A stretch of DNA of 63,563 nt, counting the filler, from Pelomyxa schiedti (taxonomy: Eukaryota > Protista > Evosea), in NCBI GenBank assembly GCA_020536535.1. It is 4 parts of 4 records of this genome, joined end to end, with 100 filler letters (N's around TTAATTAATTAA, not from the genome) between each part and the next. Parts side by side here need not be neighbours in the genome. Positions count along the whole stretch, not along the records: positions 1 to 27,457 come from JAHLWZ010001031.1; 3 more parts are not named here. One strand, written 5' to 3'. This document shows, piece by piece, positions 12,291 through 24,499 of this stretch. A model generated the notes under the pieces. It was given only the letters and a program-made list of their open reading frames with translations, did not search any database and had not been told where the DNA came from. Made by a program: the position numbers and the translations under genes. Position 1 is the stretch's first letter; the number at the start of each line of letters is the position of its first letter.

Positions 12291-15200
12291 ATGCAGGCCT
12301 CTACGTCGTCGTCACCAACCGACACGACCGCGCGCCCCAAGGGAGGCTCGCCCTCCATCGCGAAACAGATCGAGGCGGTGGCGTCGGTCTCGCAGCTGGC
12401 CGACCTGCTGTCGCCCAACCGGGACGCCATCGCTCGCGAGCGCTTCTCCGTCATCTCGAGCTACGCCGCGGCCACCAGCTCGTCCTCGGCGCCTCTGCCT
12501 CCCCCCGCCGCCGCGCCCCCCTCGGGCACTCCTGCCAAGGGCGGGGTGCTCAGCAGCATCATCGCCAAGACCAAGGAGGCCGCGGCGGCGGTGGGCGCGG
12601 CGGTCACGGGCGCCGTCGTGGGGCCTGCGGACGCGGCCGCGTGCGCCGCGGCGGCGGCGGAGGCGGCGTCGGGGGACGACGCGAGGAGGGCGAGGGAGCA
12701 GCGCTCCGCCGAGGCCGTGGGGGCCTCGCGGCTGATGACGGGGCTGAGGCGCCTCGCAATCGAGATTGTGGGACAGTTTGGGAATGCGCCTGTCAAGACC
12801 AAGGCAATGGTTGACGACGTGGTTTCTTTGTCACGTGTGGAAGACCGTGAGGTAGTCTTTGTTGTTTGTCTATCCAAAAAAAAATTTTTTTTTTTTTGTA
12901 AAATTTGTGGCTAAGGGTTGGTAGAGGGCAATATATTTCATTCCCCTGAAAAATAACCCAAAAGGTTGTTCAAGTATTGCTGGATGTATTTGTTTCTCAG
13001 ATTGACCATGACCCCTTGTTACAAGTTTATATGCTGGAGGGGCTTGCTTGTATTCTAAGTGAAGCCCTGACAGAGTTCATTCCTGCTGACCAGATAGTCA
13101 AAACCCTCAATGTAATTACAAGCAAGCTTAAGGATCTCCATGCACAGCAACAGAATGCTGAACGTATATATGACACCCTTAGGGCAGTCAACAGAGTTCT
13201 CCGTGCCATGTGGGCAACTGGGGTTTGTGCCATCTCAAAGGAGGACAAAAATTCTACACTGGGGGTGTTCCAGGCCTTGAAAGATGCATATTCTGACTAC
13301 GGCACCCTGGAGTGCTGGGTTGCAAGTGAGGCAGAACTTGCAAAACAAAACCTTTTGAGAGTTGCAGATGATGAGCTTATGTTACTTGGTGTTGCCAAAC
13401 GAATAGGGCACGGTCTGATGGCGGTGCAATCAGTTGCCACCATGGTTCTTCAGTATGATGTTGGTGCACTTGTGGGTGGATTTGAGGAGCTGCAAACGGC
13501 TTTCAGTGATATCTACATCAAGAAGAGCTGGATGGACCGATTGCTCTTCATTGAATTGTCTTTCACTCAGATTGAATCCGGCTTTGTGGAAGATGACCAA
13601 ATTCCGGCAATGTTGGATCGAATTGGGCAGATCTTTTTCTCATCAAAGGAAAAGGGTGCTGCCTGTGCAGAATCAATACCAGTGGAAACTCCAGCAACCT
13701 CTCCCACTCCAGCTCTGGAAGCTAAGAGAGGCCTAGGTGTGTTCCAAAAGCACATCTCTTCTGTCAAAGCTAAAGTAGAGAAAGTTGCCGAGGCAACTAA
13801 AGAAGTTGTTTTAAATGGAGTGGACTTAGCTACCTCTGTAGTGGAAGGAGAACTTGATTTCACCCTTGGTTATATAAACATACTTGACCGAATAATAAAG
13901 TCTGACACACCTTCTTCCACTTCAATACATACTATGATCCAAATGTGGGGCCTTGAGCAACTTAAGAAAGTACTCCTAAGTGACCATGACAGAGAGGCTT
14001 CCTTTATTCGTAGAAGGCTCACTTCAGAGACCGGCATTAGAATCTATATTTTGAGTAGATTAAAGGAATATGTAGCACTTCCCGAGCCGCTCAATAACCT
14101 TGCCAAAAATTGCCTTCATGCAATCTCCGAGTTTATAGAAATTGAAGAACGAAAGAGACAAGAATACACGGAGAAACTACTTGGAATCAATTTCCCACTA
14201 CGTCGGTATAATAACCGTGATAGTTTCGAAGAAGAACTCAATGATTGTGAGTTCGGGACTAATCCTTCCACTTCCTTTCTTGCTTTTGTAAGATCTCATA
14301 GAATGTGGGTATTTGTTGATACCCCACATTCTAGGCTTATCCACTTTGCCCCTTCTCCGTATCCTGTAAAGGAAAAATCACCTAAACTGGCTTCCATACA
14401 GTATGAAAGTGAAGCTCTCTTCACAGCACCTCCTCCCCGCTCCGCTCCGAAGTTGGATGAAAATAGAAACAAACAGACTCTGGATTGCCTAACTGCCAAA
14501 CTGAAGTCAAATTTGAAATTCAGTGAAGATGCTATCAGCTCTATGATCAGTTCACTTCCGGCGTTTTCTACGTTCCTGTCTTCCATCTAATTACCACCAA
14601 TGCAGAAGTATTTCGTCCATCCCATTGTGCACTTTAAGTTGCTTTTACCTGATGTCTCAACCATCCAGCCTGTAAAGAAAGAACTCTCACTTGCCAGCGG
14701 AGAGATGCTACAAAAGGCAAAAAAGGAATTATTCAAAGTATTTAAGGCTTCATTGGATGACCAGATTGTGGATCTTTGCAAAAAAGCCCAGGATTTATAT
14801 GTCAATGAGATATCCTTACAGTATTATGTTGAACCTAATGTTAAGCTAACCGAATCTCAACCGCAGTCTGTCCCCATAACATTTCCCTTTTTCCAAGTCT
14901 TCATCCAAAAGCCTCGACCTTCAGATGTGACACCAAGGGAAACAATGGACCTCAGTGAATTACGTCCCCGAACCTTGGTTCTAGTTGGAGAGGGCGGCAT
15001 GGGTAAAACTGCATTTGGCAAATATTTGGAAAAGCAGCTCTGGGACCACTATGAAGAGATGCAGATCGTTCCCATATTAATTTCCTTACCAACAATACAT
15101 GATCCAAAGAAACGGTTTCGTCCCAACAATAAATCTTCAAGACTAATTTGGCATTAAAACTCTATGTTTATACAACAGATTGATAGAAAAGTATCTTGTT

Positions 15201-18200
15201 GAGCAAGGGTTCTCATCTGAGAACATCCAAGAACTTAAGGTTTCTGGGAGGCGCTTATTGTTTATTCTTGATGGTTATGATGAAATAAACCTGGAGTTTG
15301 GAATCAACATATGCTCAACAAACTCTCTGGAAGAATGGAATGCACAAGTCTTAATACTGAGCCGATCAGAAAACATTAAAGACCACTATGAGCAATTTGG
15401 TATCACTCGAGGACCACAAGAAGTCTTGAAATGGTATCTTGACTATTTTGATGACAGGCAGACACAAGAATTAGTAGAAAAATACAAAAAATTTGGTGGG
15501 GCTCAAGGTGTGACTTCAGCTTCACTCTTTGCTCAAAATAGCGAATTCCTTCAGGACCTCAAGGAGTTGCTCAAAGTTCCTTTCATTCTATCCATGTTAT
15601 TGGAAATATTTCCATCTCTTAATCATAGTGATGACAATTCTAGGACCAAATATTGCCATGAAGCAGAAGAGTTTCTGTATACCACAAAACTCACAAAACT
15701 CAACCTTTTTGATAAATTTACTGATTTGTGGTTTCAAAGGCAGAAAGCCAAAATTACCCCTGAAAAGCTGGCTGCCTGCCATGCAGAGACAGCCACTTCA
15801 GAATTGCGTTTCAATTTTCTCATTGGGGGAGACATTGTGGAAGACTACAAAACCTTCTGTGAAGATGTTGCAATTTATATGTTTAAATGCGGGGCAACTG
15901 CCTTGCACTACACACCGGTATGGAAAGAAGTAGATGAGGAATCTGCAATTGAGGAGGGCAGGAACGTGGAAGCATTTGACTTTAGATATAAATCTGGTGT
16001 TGCCATAGTAGATACAAAGAACCCCCTCGAGAAATTCTTCAGTTGTGTCAATAAAAGTGTGCAGCTTGTTCGCTCGGGTTGTCCTATTATACTCGAAGGT
16101 AGATCAACCTACATGTTTTTACATAAATCTTTATTGGACTACTTTGTGGCACGTAAAATCCAAAAGGAAACAAGAAGCTGTGCTGAAAAGCCATACACTA
16201 ACTTCTGGAATGTTAGAATTCATGAAACATTACTTGAGACTATTCAACTCAGAACCAACCAGCTAATACAGCAGGTTGTACAAGAAGTTGCTGAAGAATC
16301 ACCAACTCTTGACGATGAAATACGTAGTTTGTTCACCAAGGCTTGTGGTTCAACTCCCGATAAAACTTCAATGGAAAAATCCATTCTTAATTCTATTGCT
16401 GAAGGAAAAAATCCGATGGAGGCTTGTGCAGAGGCAGTGTCAAAGGAACTGCCCCACATCAATTCTAGTCGGCTTGTGGAAAATATCAGGAATAGATCAA
16501 GCCTGAGTCTTGGTGTTACCATTCTTCTCAGATCCCGCATCAGGAAATTCCTAAGAACCAGGGAACAATCTCGCAATACCAAGTATTTCCCACCACTTCC
16601 GCAGCAGGCACTCAATCTGAAATGCTTGGAACGTGAAATCGATGTCACAAAGTTTCTTGTGGAAGCACTGTTACTGGATGACCTTAGTTCCAAGCCAAGC
16701 TTCCGTGATATTCTTCTGATGATTGTAGAGAAATCCAAGTGGCTTTCTGGATGCAATTGCATCGCGGACAATAATGCCACGAAAATTTCAATGGCTGCAG
16801 CTAATTCAATGACAATTCTTGTCAGGGCAAATCACAACTTCTCTGGTGCCGATTTAAGAAATGTGCATCTAAAAGGTGCAGATCTTAGTGGTGGTGTTTT
16901 TCAAAGTACAAACTTTGCAAGCTCTGATATTTCGGAATGTAATATGCAACTCACTTGGTTGTGCAACTCCTGCTTCTCAAGATCTAGAATGAATGGTATC
17001 TACTTTGCTGAAAGACCACATGTTCGAATGGAGAATATTGATATATTTGCTATTTCACCAGATGGTAAATACATTGGTGCAGCTACAGCCGGTGGAATGT
17101 TTGGTCCGGCAACCGTGAGTCTAATTCTCAGGGAAGACGGTTCACAACAGGAACTTTGTACTGGACCGGAGATAGCATTGTGCTTCTTTACACGGAACAG
17201 TACATTCTTCATTACTCGCAACAAGTGGTCTTCAGTACAAGTGTTTGATGTTAAAACTCGAAAAACTATGTGGACTAGAGACAAGGCCTCTAGTGTGAGT
17301 GCGTCCCCAAATAGCCGACTTTGTGCTGTGACTGAGGGAAAAACTATTTCTCTTCTCACCCTTTCTCAGGGAGAGGTAGTTAGTACACTGGTCGATACTA
17401 GTGATGTCACTTGTTCATTCTTCTTCCCATACGAAAATTACCTTGCATCCTGTTCTGCCAGCCACATAGCAAAGATATGGGACCTTACATCGTACTCTGA
17501 ACTATGTAACTTCGAGTGTCCAGAGTCTGCTGTTCTCTGTACTGTATCTTCAGATAGCAAATTGCTTGCAATCTTGCATCCAAATTCTTTGAGTCTCTTT
17601 GATGTTTCTCAAATTAAGCGTTGCCACAAAATCTACCATAAGACCTCAGAAGTATTCACTAAAGCTCGACAGATACAATTTTCACCCGATAATTCATATG
17701 TTTGTACAAGCCAGGTGCAAAAAGCTGAAATGTTCTTTGGATCTGCGGCTCCCGCATGCACAGTTCACATTACCAGTTCGAACTCTGGCGAAACTGTTCG
17801 ATCAATCCCTGGTTCTTACTTCTGCTTTACCCCTGAAGGGACCCTATCTATATTAAAAGACTTTCAGCTCAACTTTTACGACTTATCCACCAGTCGATTG
17901 ATGTTTACACCCAGTAATGGGCCTGCATCACCCCTGGCAAACATAGAGATAACTCCAAGTGCAAAATACCTTTTCGGAAGGGCGAATAATACAATATATC
18001 TTTGGTCACTCCATGATGGAAGGCTGATTCATCGCTTCATTTCGCAACAAGACATTAGTAGCTTCTCCATTTTTTCATCACTCCTTGCAACTATCTCAGA
18101 GAGCAAAATTTTCATCTGGGATATAAAAACTGGTAAAGTCGCAGTAACTTACACTGCTTCTTGCCCTCTTTCTGTGTGTGCATTTTCCCCTGCAGGAGGG

Positions 18201-19978
18201 GTATTCGCAACTCTAGGAAAAAACCAAATAACTTTCTGGGAATTTCATGGAATGTCCTTCACTCCACACATTACTGTACATGGCGACCTTCCCCTACCTC
18301 TTCCAGCTATGCAGTTTTCTCCCAATGGTCGCATCTTGGCAGTGTACACACTTCTTGGAGTTGGTGCGCTTCAAATTTTTGAAGTTGCCACTGGGGAGTG
18401 CCTCTTTTCCCAGACTGCCTCCTCTACAGAATGTTTGTGTCTCTGGAAGAGTAGCCAAGTTCCAGCCCCGTTAAAAGAGGAGCTACACTTTGGACCTTCA
18501 TTATTGGGTGGCAAAATTACTGCCGAGCTTCCACTTTTGTCTAATCAGGTGTTTTTGAGAGAAAGTGCCTCTGGAAAAGAATTAAAAGCACTTGGCCCGT
18601 TCCCCTTAAATTGCTCCTGTGTTGCTGCACAGAACGATACCCTAGTTGTATTTGTAGAGAAAAATGCCTGGGTGTACAAGGTACAACTTGAAAATTCCCA
18701 GGTAGTAGTCAAATTATACAGTCGCGTTAATGGCTCCTACTGGCCACTGGAGGCATCCAATTCAGTATTTGATGAAGTAAAAGGCCTCAATAGCTCAAAC
18801 AATAAGCTTCTCATGCAGAGAGGTGCTATTATGTGTTCAGATAAACCCCCCTTTGCCGTGGTTGCTGATTCAGACATAACCTGGAAGAAAGTAAATATTA
18901 CTACCTGGAATTTTGATGTATTTCAAGTAGCGGTATTATTCCTTCAAAACATAGAGAGAAGTCTAATTTGAAACTAAAAAGAAAACTCTTGCTGGCACAA
19001 AAAGCGTTGGTGCCCTTGCAGCTGTTACCTTTGGAGTAGTTCGTGAATGGGGCCTACAAGCTTTACCAATTGACATACCAAAACTACAGGCATTTGCTTC
19101 CAAACTTGAATCCTCATATTGCTACCCGAGTGCCGAGGACCATAAAAACCCTTACCATAACGAGCTTCATGCTGCAGATGTTACTCAGTCCCTTTTCTAC
19201 ATTGTAACATCAATCATGAAGTCATCAAAAGTATTTGGAGACATTTTCACTCCTCTGGAGTTGCTTTCCTGTCTAATAGCCGGAATTATCCATGACTATA
19301 ATCATCCAGGCCGAAATGGAGCTTTCCTAAAGGCAACCATGCATCCGATTCATTGTATGTACGGCGATTCATGCTTGGAGCGGTTTTCTCTTAAATCCAG
19401 CTTCGAGCTCCTTATGACAAATCCGGCATATTATGTTCTTCAAAGTTTGCCTATTGGGCAGCAACAATATGTCCACAACCTTGTAACACAAATTGTTCTT
19501 GCAACGGATATGTCCAGGTAAATAGAGCCGTTGCTACTTGAAGGTCAACTAACTCTCTTCTAGGCACAAGGAATTCCTTGCCGCATTTAAGGCAAGCGGA
19601 ATTTCCCAAGGCAGCAAGGAAGTAACACCAGCAGAGAAAATACTAATTATGCAAATGTTCATGAAGCTTGCCGATATATCCAATGTAATAAGAGAGTACA
19701 ATACCTGTATCCAGTGGAACGGGCTCGTGATGCAAGAATTTGGGCAACAAGCAGCCGATGAAACTCAGCTTCACTTGCCTGTCACTGTTTTTGTGAACCC
19801 TCCTAACAATTTCCATGTAATTCCAAACCCTCATCACCCCTATTCGTACTAACCCCTACCAAAAAAGGGATTTGCCACAGCCATAGTACAACCACTACTG
19901 GAAGCCCTTCTCGCAGTATTCCCTTCTCTGGAAGAACTCAAACAGCAGATTCAGTCTAACCTAGCTCACAGTATCTAG
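12291..19978 (+). CDS. NLR-like STAND protein: Arm-like, NACHT, pentapeptide repeats, WD40 repeats, fused to a class I cyclic-nucleotide phosphodiesterase (about 2439 aa)
   Basis: Proposed exons 12291-12851, 12965-14560, 14606-15114, 15179-18932, 18982-19517, 19564-19816, 19868-19978 total 7320 nt (divisible by 3). Walker A LVGEGGMGKT, Walker B LFILDGYDEI, FLHKSLLDYFVA, AAANSMTILVRANHNFSGADLRNV, about 10 WD40-like repeats, then WNFDVFQ..PYHNELHAAD..HDYNHPG..LATDMSRH..KLADISN. The NACHT-WD40 and PDE identities are firm; the junction is inferred from splice signals. Confidence 0.82.
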
Positions 19979-20066
19979 TTTCAGATAAAAAACCTTTTCC
20001 AAAAAAAAAAATTTGCAACACAGAAGAAAAAAATTTCGTTTTGTTGAAACAAACATGGAATCTTTT

Positions 20067-22140
20067 TTACAGCTTCTCTGAAGAGGCACTGCTAGAGCCC
20101 CAGTCAGAGGAAAAGAAAAGAGGGGCAATGTACAAGCTGTGCACCACCAGCACAGCCACAATCCCCAAACACATCACCAAAAGCACCCAGAGCGGAACAT
20201 ACAGTGACATCAAGTAGGTCCCCACAACATAGATGAGCTGCTGCCCTAGGCTGTACACCATGGTGGTAACTCCATAGTTCTCACTGCTCACTGCAGTGTT
20301 GAATGTCACGTAGGAATAGCTGCTTAGGTACCATGGAATCACCTGCGCTGTGCTCATGACAACCAGGGCAGGGGTGCTGCCTACAACCCGATTTAGCAAT
20401 GAAACTGATATTAGGCAGCCGGCAGTGATTGCAAGTAGAACTGGGTTGATTCTCTTGAAGAAGACACGGGGGGCGATGTCTGATAGGGTCTGGGAGTAGA
20501 CGATCGACGCGACGAAGAACACTATATTCAGAACGAAGCCTTGCTTCATCAGGTCAAGAACAAGCCCACCACAGAAGTTTTCCCGTGTGGGAATCAGCAC
20601 AGCTTCCACAGTTACGATGGCGTCACTTTTTGCAGCTGGGATAGTGGCAGTTTGATTCAGAAGTGAGTTCATTTTGCCTCCACTGGACTTTTGTACTGCT
20701 TCCAAAGCAAATGGATAGCATATGAGCACATAAAGCATCATAAAGCCTAAGGTGTGCACAAGTGTGTGCAAAACCACTCCAGTGGTGGTAATATAGTGTG
20801 CACAGTCAACCACAATTGTTCTCACTTTCCTCACTTGCTCATAACAGAAAGAAAGCCCACATGAAGTCGTCTTTTGGTTGTCTTGTTCTTCATTGTCTGT
20901 CTGCTTGGAAATCAAACCATAGTAGAAAACTCGTATGTAGAAGAACACTATGATAACCAGAATAATATTTGCTATCATAGAAGCAGAGCATGCGAGGAAA
21001 AGAACAGTGCTTACACTCATAGGAAATAAGAACATTGGTAGAATGAAAGCAAACTCAAACAACTCGGTGAAGAGATCACCACTATTGGAAATGGAGTTTG
21101 AGAGTGCATTCTTTTCATCAGATGACATTTCTGCACAGGAAACAAAAAAAAGTTAGTTAAGTTGAGCCAGGGAGGGATATGGACCAATAAAGTTGAGCCG
21201 CATTTTCAGTAATTTCCAAATGCTGGCCATAGATTGAGAAAACATTGCCTGCCTCATCTGATAAAACCAGCCAGCTAAAACTGAGGCCCAAGAAGTGTGC
21301 ATGAAAATTAACCAGATTGAAAAGGTTTGACATATCAATTGGCACAGAGATGTGACCTGTACTTCCGTGAAACTCCGAGGCTCTTAGCTCTCAAATACCT
21401 TCATCACAATGTGTTGTTTGGTTGGAATGGTATCACTTATGTAACCACTGACAAAACTTGTAGGTATGGCTAAGACCGTTCCAACGAACATCCACTGTAC
21501 CGTTGTTAACAAAAGAAATCAGGGTAAGTATACTTGTGTGTATGTGTCCACAAAAGAGCATCCTGAGATTCCGTATGATAGTAGCACATACATTACATAT
21601 CTTGTGTATGATTCGTTTGTGGGGGAGAAAAAAAAAAACCTCAGTACCTCTCAAAATTCAGTTGAATAAGGTCGAAGCCCCACTGTGCACACACTTATTT
21701 TGTTATAAAAGATACATAGTACCAAAACCAGCAAAAAATAAACTAAATAGTGCACAGGTAGGAGGGGAAGCACAAACCATAATCAAGAAACACCACTTCT
21801 CCAACTTTGGCAACTCCCTTTCCACCACCCCCGAGCGCTTTTTTTTGTTCGCCCCAGCAGTGGAGCTTCCATTTTCAATGGTATTCCCAGTCTCCTTAAC
21901 CAAAGGTGGCGTTCCCATTATTCCGTTGTGCCTGCCGTCGCCGCCCGCTTCGAGGTCGCGGGCAACCGCGTTAACACCCGCTACGTAGTCGCGTTCCTCG
22001 TCGCCCCTCTCCCTGAGGCGTCCCCCTCCAAGCCTGTTTACAACCCCACCAGTACTTTGGGCTTTTTGTAATTGTGGGACTTGTCTGGCACCAGGAAGAG
22101 CGACCCCGACCTGATCCACAGCAACACGAGCAACATCCAT
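20067..22140 (-). CDS. multi-pass membrane transporter, MFS-like
   Basis: About 10-12 hydrophobic segments across exons in two bundles separated by a polar loop; hydrophilic N-terminus. The exact family is not recognised. Confidence 0.65.
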
Positions 22141-22357
22141 GAGAGATTCTCAGATGGAACACTTTTAGGAGAATGACCGCTGGCCGGAGTCGGTCAACGA
22201 ACCTAACAATAACAATGCCCTCAGCTCAAAGATCCCTCAGCATTGGAAAGCGACGCACAAAAGAAAAAGTTGCAGTTTTTTGAATATCAGCCATTAGGGT
22301 TTGTTAACGTTCCAGTAATAACTTATTTCTTAGAATTTTACAACGTCTTTCTTTTTT

Positions 22358-24409
22358 TCAAGTCAAGAAATTGGCGGCACTGGCGCACTTCTCCCAGGCC
22401 TCATTTGTTACGGTGATCATTGTGCAAATGCGGGGTATCTGGTCGGGGTCGTACAGTGCACTTCGTCTGGCATCCCATTCCTTGTGGTAATGTGAGTGAG
22501 TACATACATCAAGCTTTTTGAATGGAAATGGAAGGAAAAAAAGGGGGTATGAAAACCTGGAACATTGTGTTGTTCGTGGCCAGGTTATTAAACAACATCC
22601 TAGCGGAATTCAGGCTTAAATCCGGAACCTGTGTTTGTGTTTTGTGGATGTTAGTAGACTTGCAGCTATTGTTATTTGAGACAAGGAGTGTTAATACTTG
22701 ATAGGCATCACAAAAAGAGTACTCAAGCTTCCACTTGTCCTCTTTCTTGTGATGTTATTATTTCGTTTGAAAAAAAAACAAATTAATGTTATCAAATACA
22801 TGAATATTTGCCCAGGCCAAGTCCAGATAGAAGGAGTCGTAGTCCAATAGAGTAAAAGAGGATGTATCAAAAATGAACCGGTGGAAGGCAGGATTGTTCT
22901 CAAAGCAAGGAGAAATCGAGGGGGCAACTAAACAAAATGCTGCAAATATTTCCTCTTAGGGAGCCGTGAGATAAGGAGTACAAGTACAGTGGAGTGGATA
23001 CCAACCAGGAGAACTGTAGTTTGCAGTTGTGAACCGCATTTCGTCACTGTGAATATGACCCCAAAAGGTTCCAAGAATAATATCCCGATACTTGTGGGTA
23101 TTATTGGATGTACCCCAAGGTAATAAAAAAAAAAAAAGAAGGGTGACATACATCATACACAATGTTCACGTACTGATTAAGCCATGTCATTTCCCACATT
23201 GGCTGGTATTTCTTGTAGGCATCAATTCTGAGTGTGATTATTGTTATAGTTTTTTCCCCGAGATGCTCGGTACCCTGGAGGGATGTGTCCTATGATATAC
23301 ACCCTAAACTTTGATTAGTTCATCACATAGATACAATGTAGTGCTTACTTTTTGTTTGCTAGCTGGGCAGAGTCAAGTGTTTCTTGCAACCATTCCAGTT
23401 GCCCACAGTCATTAGTTTTATTGAGAGCCATACGACTTGCAGAAAAAATGTTGGTGTTGAGGGATATCACTAACAGGCCTGGGATTGGGGAGACAGAGAA
23501 AGTTCCCATGTGCTTGAAAAGTAACTCTTGATCCTCTGGCATTTTGTTTGATTTAATCGCGAAGAATGTTCAGTGTACCTGGTATCCATGCCATCCAGGT
23601 ATCATACAGAAACTCGTAATAGTTCATGTCACATACCCCCTCGTAATCGATGTAACAGTCGTTATTTCCTCAACAACACCCACATTGGTTGAGAAGGAAG
23701 AAAATAATTTACCTATAGTTGGGATCACTAAGGTATCGGGCCAGACCTCCTGAAATCTTTGTGTTACATATTGTGTGGCCGCCTCGTTTTCCGCAATTTC
23801 CAGGGCGTGAGCGGCAAAATCCCCAGTCCTACATATATAGTCAAGTTACAGGGAAAGCATACCATGAAATAACATTATGATATAGGCTGGAGAAGGTTCC
23901 ACAGCCACCATTGCTGACATTCTAATATTGTCGTTAGAATAAAGCCAAGTACGAGTGTGTAGTATACGTAGATTCAAGCAACACCAAGTCAGAGTCACAC
24001 CCAAACCTCCCATACTCCCCACCCGCACTCATATACTCAGTTCCAATTGAATGGATGTAGTTTGGAACATCCCTCACAGGGTCCACTCTGTAACACTTCT
24101 CAGTCCCCGCACAAGGGATGCCAAGGAGGGGAAAAAAAAAAAAAAAAAGCGGGAGCCAAGCTTGCTCGCGTGAACCAACCCTTCGACGGAAGCCCTGCAG
24201 TAGGACGACGAGTTGTACCTCGTCGGATCAGCCAGCGGGTCGTAATGTATATCGCTCACCCTCAGGAACGTGTTGACCGCGGCGCGGCTCTCGATGCGGT
24301 ACCTCCTGAGCCCCCCTTGATCGCCGTCGCCAAAGCGTTCCGCGAACCCACAGCAACAACAGCCGCACCACACGGCAAACAGCACGACCGTTCCCCAACC
24401 CACGTGCAT
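22358..24409 (-). CDS. secreted acid-sphingomyelinase-like metallophosphoesterase (SMPDL3 family)
   Basis: Signal peptide; metal motifs VSDIHYD, GDFAAH, IGNND, IIGHIPPG, FWGHIHSDE; APSISPCFENNPAFHRF; C-terminal ICTM..C; TGA at 22358-22360. Confidence 0.9.
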
Positions 24410-24499
24410 CTTTGTGTTTATTTACTGAAATGATGGACAAAAGGCAAGATCAAGACAAAACGAGGCAAACACCTGAACTGCATTGATGTCTGGGGTTCC

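Noticed and set aside
12232-12877. Overlapping Arg/Gly/Ala-rich ORFs in alternative frames (also 37442-37931 and 54314-54896)
   Set aside because: They are shadow ORFs expected in GC-rich, stop-poor exons.
14588-14590. TAA reassignment or read-through (alternative genetic code)
   Set aside because: Conserved genes here end at TAA (AP3S), TAG (EHD) and TGA (SMPDL3-like), and the TAA sits in a branch-like CTAAT removable by a 45-nt intron.
19216-19852. PDE as an independent small gene starting at ATG 19216
   Set aside because: It would lack the YHNxxH motif upstream of that ATG, and the domain's first helix (WNFDVF) lies in the WD40 ORF.
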